Notes under the pieces: generated by a model
Told to the model about the DNA's origin: nothing
Databases searched by the model: none
Seen by the model: the letters and a program-made list of their open reading frames with translations, nothing else
Shown: piece by piece, positions 42,604 through 51,241 of the stretch
Position numbering within the stretch: the stretch's first letter is position 1
Layout: every line of letters starts with the position of its first letter
Assembly (NCBI GenBank): GCA_050738555.1
Contig: JBOHZO010000159.1
Location: forward strand, 1 to 56,563
Reading direction: 5' to 3'
From: Steroidobacteraceae bacterium
GTDB lineage: Bacteria > Pseudomonadota > Gammaproteobacteria > Steroidobacterales > Steroidobacteraceae
DNA length: 56,563 nt
Translations under genes and position numbers: made by a program

Positions 42604-44208
42604 GTGGACACGTTCGCGAAGGACCGGTTGCCGCCGAATGAAATGTGGCCGAGGCTGCATTTTGACCTGCCAGAGTTGCGTTACCCCGATCGGCTGAATT
42701 GCGCGACGGTGCTGCTGGACGATGCCGTCGCCGAGGGTCATGGCGAGCGGCCGGCGATTCTGACCGCCACCGGGACCATCACATATCGTGAGCTGCTCGG
42801 CCGCGCGAACCGCATCGCCAACGTGCTGACGGGAGCGGGCGTTGCCCCGGGCAACCGGGTGCTGCTTCGCGGCTACAACGGCCCGGAGATGTATGCCGCC
42901 TGGCTTGCGGTGATGAAGACGGGCGCGATCGCAGTCACCACGATGCCGATGCTGCGCGCGCCGGAACTCACCGCGATCGTCGCAAAAGCGCGCCCCGCGT
43001 TCGCACTCTGCGATCACCGCCTCCAGAGCGAGCTGCAGGCGGTCACCGCGGAGGGCGGCGTCGGAACGACCGTCACCTGGGGCGCCGGCGATCTCGAAGC
43101 ACGCACGGCGATGGCTTCCGACCGTTTCGTCAATGCCGATATCGCGGCGGACGACGTCTGCTTGCTCGCCTTCACTTCCGGCACGACCGGCCAGCCCAAG
43201 GCCTGCGCGCACTTCCACCGGGACGTGCTCGCGATGGCGGATGTGGTCGCGCGCCACTTGCTGCACACGGCGCCGGATGACGTCTACGCCGGCAGCCCGC
43301 CGCTGGGATTTACCTTCGGGCTCGGGGCGCTGCTCGTCTTCCCGCTGCGCTTTCGCGCGGCGACCGTGCCGATCGAAGCGCCCGCGCCGGCGACGGTCCT
43401 CGCCGCGATCGAGCGCCACCGCGTGACCTGCCTCTTCACCGCGCCCCTCGCCTATCGCGGGCTCGCTGCCGAGCTCGCAGGCCGCGATCTCTCCTCACTC
43501 AAGCGCTGCGTCTCCGCGGGCGAGTTCCTGCCAAAGTCCGTGTCCGACGCGTGGTTCGAGAAAACCGGCATCCGCATCATCGACGGCATCGGTGCCACGG
43601 AGATGATCCACATCTTCATCTCCGCGAGCGGCGACGAGATCCGTCCCGGTTCGACCGGCAAGCCGCTGCCTGGGTACCGGGCCTGCGTGCTCGACGACGA
43701 CGGCAAGCCCTTGCCGCCCGGCAGCACCGGCCGCCTCGCGGTGACCGGGCCGACGGGCTGCCGCTATCTCGACGATGAACGCCAACGCGACTACGTCGTG
43801 GACGGCTGGAACGTCACGGGCGACCTCTACCGCGTTGACGAGGACGGCTACTTCTGGTTCGTATCGCGCGCTGACGACATGATCGTCTCGGCCGGCTACA
43901 ACATCGCTGGCCTGGAGGTGGAATGGGCGCTGCTCGCGCACCCGGCGGTCCGCGAGTGCGCCGTGATCGGCGCGGCGGACCCCGAGCGCGGCACGATCGT
44001 GAAAGCCTGCGTCGTGCTCGCCGCGGGCAGGGCGGGGGACATCGCGCTCGTCAAGGAGCTCCAGGACTTCGTGAAGCAGCGCATCGCGCCCTACAAGTAC
44101 CCGCGGGCGATCGAGTTTCTCGAGACGCTCCCGAAGACCGCGACCGGCAAGCTCCAGCGCAAGGCGCTCCGCAAATTGGGCGTCGCATCGCAGTTTCCGC
44201 CCAATTAG
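42604..44208 (+). CDS. Aryl-CoA ligase (2-aminobenzoate/benzoate-CoA ligase family, AMP-binding)
   Basis: 534 aa, GTG start. FTSGTTGQPKA AMP-binding motif and C-terminal PKTATGKLQR. The N-terminus is typical of aminobenzoate-CoA ligases. Confidence 0.8.
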   Translation: MDTFAKDRLPPNEMWPRLHFDLPELRYPDRLNCATVLLDDAVAEGHGERPAILTATGTITYRELLGRANRIANVLTGAGVAPGNRVLLRGYNGPEMYAAWLAVMKTGAIAVTTMPMLRAPELTAIVAKARPAFALCDHRLQSELQAVTAEGGVGTTVTWGAGDLEARTAMASDRFVNADIAADDVCLLAFTSGTTGQPKACAHFHRDVLAMADVVARHLLHTAPDDVYAGSPPLGFTFGLGALLVFPLRFRAATVPIEAPAPATVLAAIERHRVTCLFTAPLAYRGLAAELAGRDLSSLKRCVSAGEFLPKSVSDAWFEKTGIRIIDGIGATEMIHIFISASGDEIRPGSTGKPLPGYRACVLDDDGKPLPPGSTGRLAVTGPTGCRYLDDERQRDYVVDGWNVTGDLYRVDEDGYFWFVSRADDMIVSAGYNIAGLEVEWALLAHPAVRECAVIGAADPERGTIVKACVVLAAGRAGDIALVKELQDFVKQRIAPYKYPRAIEFLETLPKTATGKLQRKALRKLGVASQFPPN

Positions 44209-44237
44209 TTGACATTTAAACTATTCAGGCCTGTAAT
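44209..44237 (+). promoter_or_regulatory. Near-consensus sigma70 promoter (TTGACA-17 bp-TGTAAT) between the ligase and monooxygenase genes
   Basis: ttgaca at 44209-44214, 17-bp AT-rich spacer, tgtaat at 44232-44237, 23 nt before the GTG at 44261. The spacer carries the dyad tcaggcctg(t). Confidence 0.45.
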
Positions 44238-44260
44238 GCTGCCGGCATGGACAGGCGCCC

Positions 44261-46543
44261 GTGAAACGCATCGTCTGCCTCGGCGGCGGACCGGCGGGAC
44301 TTTATTCCGCCATCCTGTACCGCAAGGCCCTGCCGCGGGCACGGGTCGAGGTCTACGAGCGCAACCGCCCCGATGACACATTCGGCTGGGGCGTCGTGTT
44401 CTCGGACCGGACGATGGAGGGCTTCCAGGCCGCCGATGCGCCCTCGCATGCCGCGATCACCGGCAGTTTTCATCACTGGGACGACATCGACGTGCACTAC
44501 CGCGGCACGACGACGACCACAGGCGGTCACGGCTTCTGCGGCATCGAGCGGAAGCGCCTCCTCAACATCCTCCAGGAGCGCGGAGCGGAGCTCGGCGTCG
44601 CACACCACTTCCAGCGCGAGATCGAGGACGATGCGGCTTTTGCCGACGCCGACCTGATCGTCGCCGCCGACGGCGTCAACAGCCGCACGCGCAAGCGCTT
44701 CGACGCCGTGTTCGAGCCGGACATCGACACGCGCGAATGCCGCTTCATCTGGCTCGGCACGACGAAGCCATTCCCGGCCTTCACTTTCGCCTTCGAGGAA
44801 ACCGGGCACGGCTGGTTCCAGATTCACGCCTACCAGTTCAGCAAGACGCTTTCGACCGTGATCGTCGAGACCCGCGAGGAGACATGGCTCGCGCACGGGC
44901 TCGACCGCGCCGATCACGAGCAGTCGATCGCCTTCTGCGAGCAGCTCTTCGCGAAGTACCTCGGCGGCCACAAGCTCATGAGCAACGCGGCGCATCTGCG
45001 CGGCTCCGCCTGGCTCAACTTCCAGCGCGTCCTCTGCCAGCGCTGGCATCACGGCAACCGCGTGCTGATCGGCGACGCCGCGCACACGGCGCACTTTTCG
45101 ATCGGTTCCGGAACGAAGCTCGCGATGGAAGACGCGATCGCGCTCGTCGCCCGCACCGCGGGTGCCGCCGACATTCCGGCAGCACTCGCCGACTACCAGG
45201 AAGAGCGCTCGACCGAGGCGCTGAAGCTCCAGAGCGCGGCGCGAAACCGCATGCGCTGGTTCGAGGACGTCGCCCGCTACACGCGGCTCGAGCCCTGGCA
45301 GTTCACCTACAGCCTGTTGAGCGGCAGCCAGCGGATCGGCCACGCGAATCTGAAGCTCCGCGACCCGGCCTTCGTCGCCGACGTCGAGGCACGACTTGCG
45401 TCCCGCGTTGGAGTGCTGAAACCGCGTCCGCCGATGTTCCTGCCGTTTCAGGTGCGCGGCCTCAGCCTCGAGAACCGGATCGTGGTCTCGCCGATGGCGC
45501 AGTACTCGGCGCAGGACGGCATGCCGCAAGACTGGCATCTCGTGCACCTCGGGTCGCGCGCGACCGGCGGGGCGGGCCTCGTGTTCACGGAGATGAACTG
45601 CGTGTCGCCCCAGGGCCGCATTTCGCCGGGATGCTCCGGTTTATGGAACGAGGCGCAGCGCGATGCCTGGCGGCGCATCGCGGAATTCGTGCATCGGCAC
45701 AGCCGGGCCAGGCTCTGCATGCAGCTCGGGCATTCGGGCCGCAAGGGCTCGACGCAGCTCGGCTGGGAGGACGACGATCATCCGCTCAAGGAAGGCAACT
45801 GGGAGACCATCGCGCCGTCGCCGCTGCCGTATTTCGACGGCATCAGCGCGCCGCCGCGCGAGATGACGCGTGCCGACATGGATCGCGTGCGGTCCGAGTT
45901 CGTGCGTAGCGCCCGATTCGCCGACGAGGCGGGTTACGACATGCTCGAGCTCCATATGGCGCACGGTTACCTGCTCGCGAGTTTCCTGTCGCCGCTCACC
46001 AACCGGCGGAAGGACCCGTACGGCGGCTGCGTCGCGAACCGCCTGCGATTCCCGCTCGAAGTGCTCGCCGCGGTGCGCGCGGCCTGGCCGGAAGAAAAGC
46101 CGCTTTCCGTCCGCCTCTCCTCGAGCGACTGGGCGAAGGGCGGCCTGGGTGAAGACGAACTCCTGGAGATCGCCCGGGCGATGAAGTCCGGCGGCGCCGA
46201 CATGCTCGATCTCTCGAGCGGCCAGACCGTACCCTGGCAGAAGCCGGTCTATGGGCGCATGTGGCAGACGCCGTTCTCGGATCTCGTCCGCAATGTCGTC
46301 GGGATTCCGACGATCGCGGTCGGCAACATCTACGAACCGGATCACGCGAACTCGATCATCGCTTCCGGGCGCGCCGACCTCTGCGCGCTCGCGCGGCCCC
46401 ACCTGGCGGATCCCGCGTGGACGCTCCGCGCCGCCGCGGAACAGCGCTGGCCAGATCAATGGTGGCCGCCGCAGTACGAGTCCGCGAAGCTTCAGCTCGA
46501 ACGCAATCTCGAGCGGGCGGCACTGACGGCCGGGCCGGTTTAG
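44261..46543 (+). CDS. Bifunctional FAD monooxygenase / Old-Yellow-Enzyme reductase (2-aminobenzoyl-CoA monooxygenase/reductase; salicylyl-CoA 5-hydroxylase family)
   Basis: 760 aa. N-terminal [14 protein letters not shown] (GxGxxG) aromatic-ring hydroxylase, [14 protein letters not shown]-terminal OYE TIM barrel ([12 protein letters not shown]..., HMAHGYLL). Confidence 0.85.
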   Translation: MKRIVCLGGGPAGLYSAILYRKALPRARVEVYERNRPDDTFGWGVVFSDRTMEGFQAADAPSHAAITGSFHHWDDIDVHYRGTTTTTGGHGFCGIERKRLLNILQERGAELGVAHHFQREIEDDAAFADADLIVAADGVNSRTRKRFDAVFEPDIDTRECRFIWLGTTKPFPAFTFAFEETGHGWFQIHAYQFSKTLSTVIVETREETWLAHGLDRADHEQSIAFCEQLFAKYLGGHKLMSNAAHLRGSAWLNFQRVLCQRWHHGNRVLIGDAAHTAHFSIGSGTKLAMEDAIALVARTAGAADIPAALADYQEERSTEALKLQSAARNRMRWFEDVARYTRLEPWQFTYSLLSGSQRIGHANLKLRDPAFVADVEARLASRVGVLKPRPPMFLPFQVRGLSLENRIVVSPMAQYSAQDGMPQDWHLVHLGSRATGGAGLVFTEMNCVSPQGRISPGCSGLWNEAQRDAWRRIAEFVHRHSRARLCMQLGHSGRKGSTQLGWEDDDHPLKEGNWETIAPSPLPYFDGISAPPREMTRADMDRVRSEFVRSARFADEAGYDMLELHMAHGYLLASFLSPLTNRRKDPYGGCVANRLRFPLEVLAAVRAAWPEEKPLSVRLSSSDWAKGGLGEDELLEIARAMKSGGADMLDLSSGQTVPWQKPVYGRMWQTPFSDLVRNVVGIPTIAVGNIYEPDHANSIIASGRADLCALARPHLADPAWTLRAAAEQRWPDQWWPPQYESAKLQLERNLERAALTAGPV

Positions 46544-46562
46544 GTTCCGCAAGGAGAACTCC

Positions 46563-47333
46563 ATGACGCAGGAACTCGCAGGCCGGCATGCCCTGGTGAC
46601 GGGCGGCGGGCGCGGCATCGGGGCCGCGATCGCGCAGGCGCTTTCGGCGGCCGGCGCGCGCGTGACCCTGCTTGGCCGGACGACGGCGCAGCTCGATGAA
46701 ACGGCGATCGGGATGGCCGGCAGCACGGTCACCGTCACCGCGGATGTCACCGATCCGAAGCAGGTCGGGCGCGCCTTCGCCGAAGCGCGAAATGCCGCGG
46801 GCGAAGTCTCGATCCTCGTCAACAACGCCGGCCGGCCCGCGAGCCGGCCGCTGGCGAAGAGTGATGAGGATTTTTGGCGTCAGATACTGGAGGTGAACCT
46901 GACCGGGACCTATCACTGCACGCGCGCCGCGATCCCGGCCATGCTTGCGGCCAACTGGGGCCGCATCGTGAACGTGTCGAGCACGGCGGGACTGCGCGGC
47001 TACGCGTACTGCACGGCTTACTGCGCGGCCAAGCACGGCGTCATCGGCCTGACGCGCGCGCTCGCGCTCGAAGTCGCAAAGACCGGCATCACCGTGAATG
47101 CCGTCTGTCCCGGATACACCGACACGGGCGTGGTGCGGGATGCCATTCGCAGCATCAGCGAAAAAACGGCCCGCAGCGAAGCCGACGCGCGCGGGACGCT
47201 CGTGTCATTCAACCCGCAGCAACGACTGGTGAAGCCCGAAGAAGTCGCGAACGCGGTCCTCTGGCTCTGCCGCCCAGGCAGCGAGAGCGTCACCGGGCAG
47301 AGCATTGCGATCGCCGGCGGCGAGGTCACCTGA
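46563..47333 (+). CDS. SDR-family oxidoreductase (3-hydroxyacyl-CoA dehydrogenase-like)
   Basis: 256 aa, RBS AAGGAG. TGGGRGIG cofactor motif and catalytic YCAAKHG. Confidence 0.85.
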   Translation: MTQELAGRHALVTGGGRGIGAAIAQALSAAGARVTLLGRTTAQLDETAIGMAGSTVTVTADVTDPKQVGRAFAEARNAAGEVSILVNNAGRPASRPLAKSDEDFWRQILEVNLTGTYHCTRAAIPAMLAANWGRIVNVSSTAGLRGYAYCTAYCAAKHGVIGLTRALALEVAKTGITVNAVCPGYTDTGVVRDAIRSISEKTARSEADARGTLVSFNPQQRLVKPEEVANAVLWLCRPGSESVTGQSIAIAGGEVT

Positions 47334-47824
47334 TGGCTCGACGCACGATGGATGCGGAAACGCGCGCCGCCCGCGACGACCACGGCGCGATCCGCCTGTG
47401 GCTCCGGATGCTGGCGACGAACCGGCTGGTCGAGACGCGGACCCGGCGGATGCTGCAGGAACGTTACGCGACCACCCTGCCGCGCTTCGACCTGATGGCG
47501 CAGCTCGAGCGGATGCCCCGGGGCCTCAAGATGGGCGAGCTGTCGAGGCGCATGATGGTGACTGGCGGCAATGTGACCGGCATTACCGACATGCTGGAAG
47601 ATGAGGGCCTGGTCGAGCGTGTCGCCGATCCGGGCGACCGCCGCGCCTGGGTCGTGCAATTGACACCGGCGGGCCGACGGGCGTTTACCGCGATGGCACA
47701 GGAGCATGAGCGCTGGATCGTCGAGTCGTTCGCGGAACTGTCGGGCCGCGAGATGTCGACCATGGCGGCGCTGCTCGCGCGGCTGAAGACGCATGTCCGT
47801 TCACTGGAGGAGCGGGACACATGA
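47333..47824 (+). CDS. MarR-family transcriptional regulator embedded in the operon
   Basis: 163 aa. [57 protein letters not shown] is a winged HTH. TGATG overlap upstream and ATGA overlap downstream. Confidence 0.85.
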   Translation: MARRTMDAETRAARDDHGAIRLWLRMLATNRLVETRTRRMLQERYATTLPRFDLMAQLERMPRGLKMGELSRRMMVTGGNVTGITDMLEDEGLVERVADPGDRRAWVVQLTPAGRRAFTAMAQEHERWIVESFAELSGREMSTMAALLARLKTHVRSLEERDT

Positions 47825-48645
47825 AGACCGAGATTCCGGACCTGACCGGCTATCAGGCGAAGCATTTTCTCTGGCACGTGGAGAACCGCGTCGGTCACCT
47901 GACGCTGAACCGGCCGGAGAAGAAGAATCCGCTGACCTTCGAGTCGTACGCGGAATTGCGCGACCTGTTCCGGCTGCTGGCGGATGGTTGCGGCGTACGG
48001 GCCGTCGTCATCGACGGCGCCGGCGCAAATTTCTGCTCGGGCGGCGACGTGCAGGAAATCATCGGGCCGTTGACCCAGATGGACGAGAAGGGTCTGCTCG
48101 AATTCACGCGCATGACGGGCGACCTGATCCGCGCGATGCGCGGCTGCCCGCAACCGCTCATCGCCGCCATCGACGGCATCTGCGCGGGCGCGGGCGCGAT
48201 GATCGCGCTCGCTTCGGATTTCCGCATCGCGACGCCGGCGGCGCGAACCGCATTCCTGTTCGTGCGTGTGGGCCTCGCGGGTTGCGACATGGGCGCCTGC
48301 GCGCTGCTGCCGCGGCTCATCGGCCAGGGACGCGCGGCGGAGCTGCTCTACACCGGCCGGGCTTTCGACGCCGCGGAAGGGGAGCGCATCGGCTTCCATC
48401 ATTCGGTCGTCGCGCCGGAAGCGCTCCTGCCCGCGGCGATGAAGCTCGCGGCGGAACTCGCTTCGGGACCGACGCTCGCGCACGCGCTGACGAAGAGGAT
48501 GCTGCATCTCGAATGGAACATGAGCGTCAACGAGGCGTTGGATGCGGAGGCGCGCGCGCAGGCGAGCCTGATGCGGAGCAACGACTTCCGGCGCGCCTAC
48601 GAGGCTTTCTCGAAGAAACAGAAACCGGTCTTCGAAGGAGACTGA
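47821..48645 (+). CDS. Enoyl-CoA hydratase/isomerase (crotonase) family protein
   Basis: 274 aa. [14 protein letters not shown] and FCSGGDV are crotonase motifs. Confidence 0.85.
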   Translation: MKTEIPDLTGYQAKHFLWHVENRVGHLTLNRPEKKNPLTFESYAELRDLFRLLADGCGVRAVVIDGAGANFCSGGDVQEIIGPLTQMDEKGLLEFTRMTGDLIRAMRGCPQPLIAAIDGICAGAGAMIALASDFRIATPAARTAFLFVRVGLAGCDMGACALLPRLIGQGRAAELLYTGRAFDAAEGERIGFHHSVVAPEALLPAAMKLAAELASGPTLAHALTKRMLHLEWNMSVNEALDAEARAQASLMRSNDFRRAYEAFSKKQKPVFEGD

Positions 48646-49832
48646 TGGGCACTCATGACGATCGCCTGCAATGGCCCTTCTTTGACGAGCCCCATCGGCG
48701 GCTTGAGACGGAGGCGGAGCGATGGGCCGCTGCGACGCTCGCGAGCGAGGCACATCCCTCCGACCGTGCCGCCGTGGACGCGCGCTGCCGCGAGCTGGTC
48801 GGAAGGCTGGGCCATGCCGGCCTGTTGCGGCATTGCCTGCGCGCGGCGGACGGTGGCGCGACGCCGGACTTCGACGCGCGTTCGATCTGCCTGTTGCGAC
48901 AGACGCTCGCGTATCGCGACGGGCTCGCCGACTTCGCATTCGCGATGCAGGGTCTCGGCAGCGCGCCGCTCTCGCTCGCAGGCAGCGAGCGGCTGCGCGC
49001 AGCCTACCTGCCGCGCGTCGCCGAGGGAGCGGCGATCGCGGCGTTCGCGCTGTCGGAACCGGAGGCTGGATCCGACGTGGCGGCCATGCAAACCAGCGCC
49101 CGCCGGGACGGCTCGTCGTACGTGCTGAACGGCTCGAAGACCTGGGTCTCCAACGGCGGCATCGCGGATTTCTATTGCGTGTTCGCGCGCACGGCGCCGG
49201 GGCGGCGCCGCAACGACGGCAGCGTGTCGGCCGATGGCATCAGCGCCTTCGTGGTCGAACCGGCGGATCGCGGCTTCGCGATCGCCGAGCGAATCGATGC
49301 GATGGCGCCGCATCCGCTGGCGCGGCTGGCGTTCGAGGACTGCCGAATTCCCGAGGAACGGCTGATCGGCGAGGAGGACGAGGGTTTCCGGACGGCGATG
49401 CGCACGCTCGACATCTTTCGCACTTCGGTGGCGGCCGCAGCCTGCGGATTCGGGCGCCGCGCGCTCGACGAGGCGCTCGGCCACACGCGCTCGCGCGGCA
49501 TGTTCGGCCGCATGCTCGCGGACTTCCAGTTGACGCAGACGGCGCTCGCGGAGATGGCGACCGCGCTCGATGCGGCGGAACTCCTGACCTACCGCGCGGC
49601 CTGGCTGCGCGATGCCGGGCAGACATTCACCGCCGCCGCGGCGATGGCGAAGCTGACCGCGACCGAGAACGCCCAGACCGTCATCGACCGCGGCTTACAG
49701 ATGTTCGGCGGTCGCGGCCTGGTGCGGGGAGAAATCATCGAGCGGCTTTACCGTGAGATCCGCGCCTTGCGCATCTACGAGGGCGCGAGCGAAGTACAGA
49801 AACTGGTGATCGGCCGGGAGCTCCTGAAATGA
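48645..49832 (+). CDS. Acyl-CoA dehydrogenase family protein
   Basis: Start [14 protein letters not shown] (ATG 48645 overlapping the ECH stop), 395 aa. ALSEPEAGSD, WVSNG and the C-terminal YEGASEVQKLVIGRELL are ACAD hallmarks. Confidence 0.88.
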   Translation: MGTHDDRLQWPFFDEPHRRLETEAERWAAATLASEAHPSDRAAVDARCRELVGRLGHAGLLRHCLRAADGGATPDFDARSICLLRQTLAYRDGLADFAFAMQGLGSAPLSLAGSERLRAAYLPRVAEGAAIAAFALSEPEAGSDVAAMQTSARRDGSSYVLNGSKTWVSNGGIADFYCVFARTAPGRRRNDGSVSADGISAFVVEPADRGFAIAERIDAMAPHPLARLAFEDCRIPEERLIGEEDEGFRTAMRTLDIFRTSVAAAACGFGRRALDEALGHTRSRGMFGRMLADFQLTQTALAEMATALDAAELLTYRAAWLRDAGQTFTAAAAMAKLTATENAQTVIDRGLQMFGGRGLVRGEIIERLYREIRALRIYEGASEVQKLVIGRELLK

Positions 49833-50224
49833 GCCGCACGATTCTGCAACCTCCTGGCTGGATGCGGCCGCGCGGCTACGCGAACGGCATCGCGGCGGAA
49901 GGCCGCCAGGTCTTCGTCGCGGGGCAGATCGGATGGGACGCCGAGCAGCGCATCGTCAGCGATGATTTCGCGATCCAGGCCCGCCAGGCGCTCGCGAACA
50001 TCATCGACGTGCTCGCCTGTGCCGGAGCCGGGCCCGCGCACCTGGTGCGGCTCACCTGGTATGTCACGAGCCGCGAGGAGTACAACGCCTCGCTCGCGGA
50101 AATCGGCGCGAGCTACCGCGAACTCTTCGGCCGCAATTTCCCCGCGATGTCCGTGGTCGTTGTCGCGTCGCTCTTGGAGCCGCGCGCGAAGGTCGAGATC
50201 GAGGCCACCGCGGTCGTGGATTAA
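49829..50224 (+). CDS. RidA/YjgF-family reactive intermediate deaminase
   Basis: 131 aa. GQIGWD..., SVVVVASLLEPRAKVEIEATAV. ATGA overlap with the ACAD gene. Its TAA stop lies inside the first repeat unit of locus 5. Confidence 0.85.
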   Translation: MSRTILQPPGWMRPRGYANGIAAEGRQVFVAGQIGWDAEQRIVSDDFAIQARQALANIIDVLACAGAGPAHLVRLTWYVTSREEYNASLAEIGASYRELFGRNFPAMSVVVVASLLEPRAKVEIEATAVVD

Positions 50225-50356
50225 AGGGGAAATCAAAGGGGACAATTAAAGGGGACGTTCCCCTTTAAGGGGTCTTGCCTCAACTTTAAAGGGGAACGTC
50301 CCCTTTAATAATTAGGGGAACGTCCCCTTTAATTCCCGTTAATTTCCCCTTTAATC
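50221..50356. repeat. Dispersed palindromic repeat, locus 5: array of short self-complementary variants filling the whole convergent gap
   Basis: Outer pair ttaaaggggaaat (50221-33) and atttcccctttaa (50342-54). Inner ttaaaggggacgttcccctttaa (50246-68) and its exact reverse complement ttaaaggggaacgtcccctttaa (50286-308). Additional copies at 50235-44 and 50312-32. Confidence 0.9.
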
Positions 50357-51124
50357 CTACTGAGCCGTCCAGCCGCCGTCGAGGGCGAGGGCCTGGGCGG
50401 TGACGTTCTTCGCCGCATCGCCGAGGAAATAGTCGACCGCGGCGGCGATCTCGGGGATCGTGATGAAGGCCTTCTTCGGCATCGGCTTCAACATGATCTC
50501 GCGGATCACGTGTTCCTCCGGCAGGCCGTGCTCGGCCGCCTGCCGCGCGATCTGCTGATCGACGAGCGCCGTGCGGACATAGGCCGGGCAAATCGTGTTG
50601 ACCGTGATGTCCACGTCGCCGTTTTCGAGCGCAACGGTCTTCGACAGGCCGATCAGCCCGTGCTTGGCCGCGATGTACGCGCTCTTGTAGGGCGACGCGA
50701 CCAGCGAGTGGATCGAGCCGATGTTGACGATGCGCCCGTGTCCGCGCGCGCGCATGCCGGGCAGCGCCGCATGCATCAGGTTGGCGGCGCCGACCAGCAT
50801 CACATTGACGAGCAGCTGCCAGCGCGCAGGATCAAAATCCTCGAGCCGGCTCACGTGCTGCAGGCCCGCATTATTGATCAGCGCATCCACCGGCCCGGTG
50901 TTCGGATCCGCGAACAGCGCGGCGACCGCTTCGGCGTCCGCGACATCCACGGTCGCGGAATGAGACCGTCCGCCTGCTGCCGTGATGCCGTGGGCAGCGG
51001 CAGCAGCGGCGGATCCGTTCAAGTCCGTGACAATGATGCGGTGTCCCGCTTCGGCGAGGTGATTCGCGAGCCCCGCGCCGATACCGCTGCCGGCCCCGGT
51101 AATCAGGATGTTGCGTTTATGCAA
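50357..51124 (-). CDS. bdhA: 3-hydroxybutyrate dehydrogenase (SDR)
   Basis: 255 aa. TTG start 5 nt after GGAGG. ILITGAGSGIG, YIAAKHG. Genomic context is PHB degradation genes. Confidence 0.8.
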   Translation of the reverse strand: MHKRNILITGAGSGIGAGLANHLAEAGHRIIVTDLNGSAAAAAAHGITAAGGRSHSATVDVADAEAVAALFADPNTGPVDALINNAGLQHVSRLEDFDPARWQLLVNVMLVGAANLMHAALPGMRARGHGRIVNIGSIHSLVASPYKSAYIAAKHGLIGLSKTVALENGDVDITVNTICPAYVRTALVDQQIARQAAEHGLPEEHVIREIMLKPMPKKAFITIPEIAAAVDYFLGDAAKNVTAQALALDGGWTAQ

Positions 51125-51241
51125 GCTGCCTCCGGAGTGACATTATCGCCCGGCGGCGCGGCCGGCCTCATACGTTAGTACTATTCACGCGCGACGCGCC
51201 AATGACGAAAGTTCGTGCGGACACAGCAGGGTGCCGAGACA

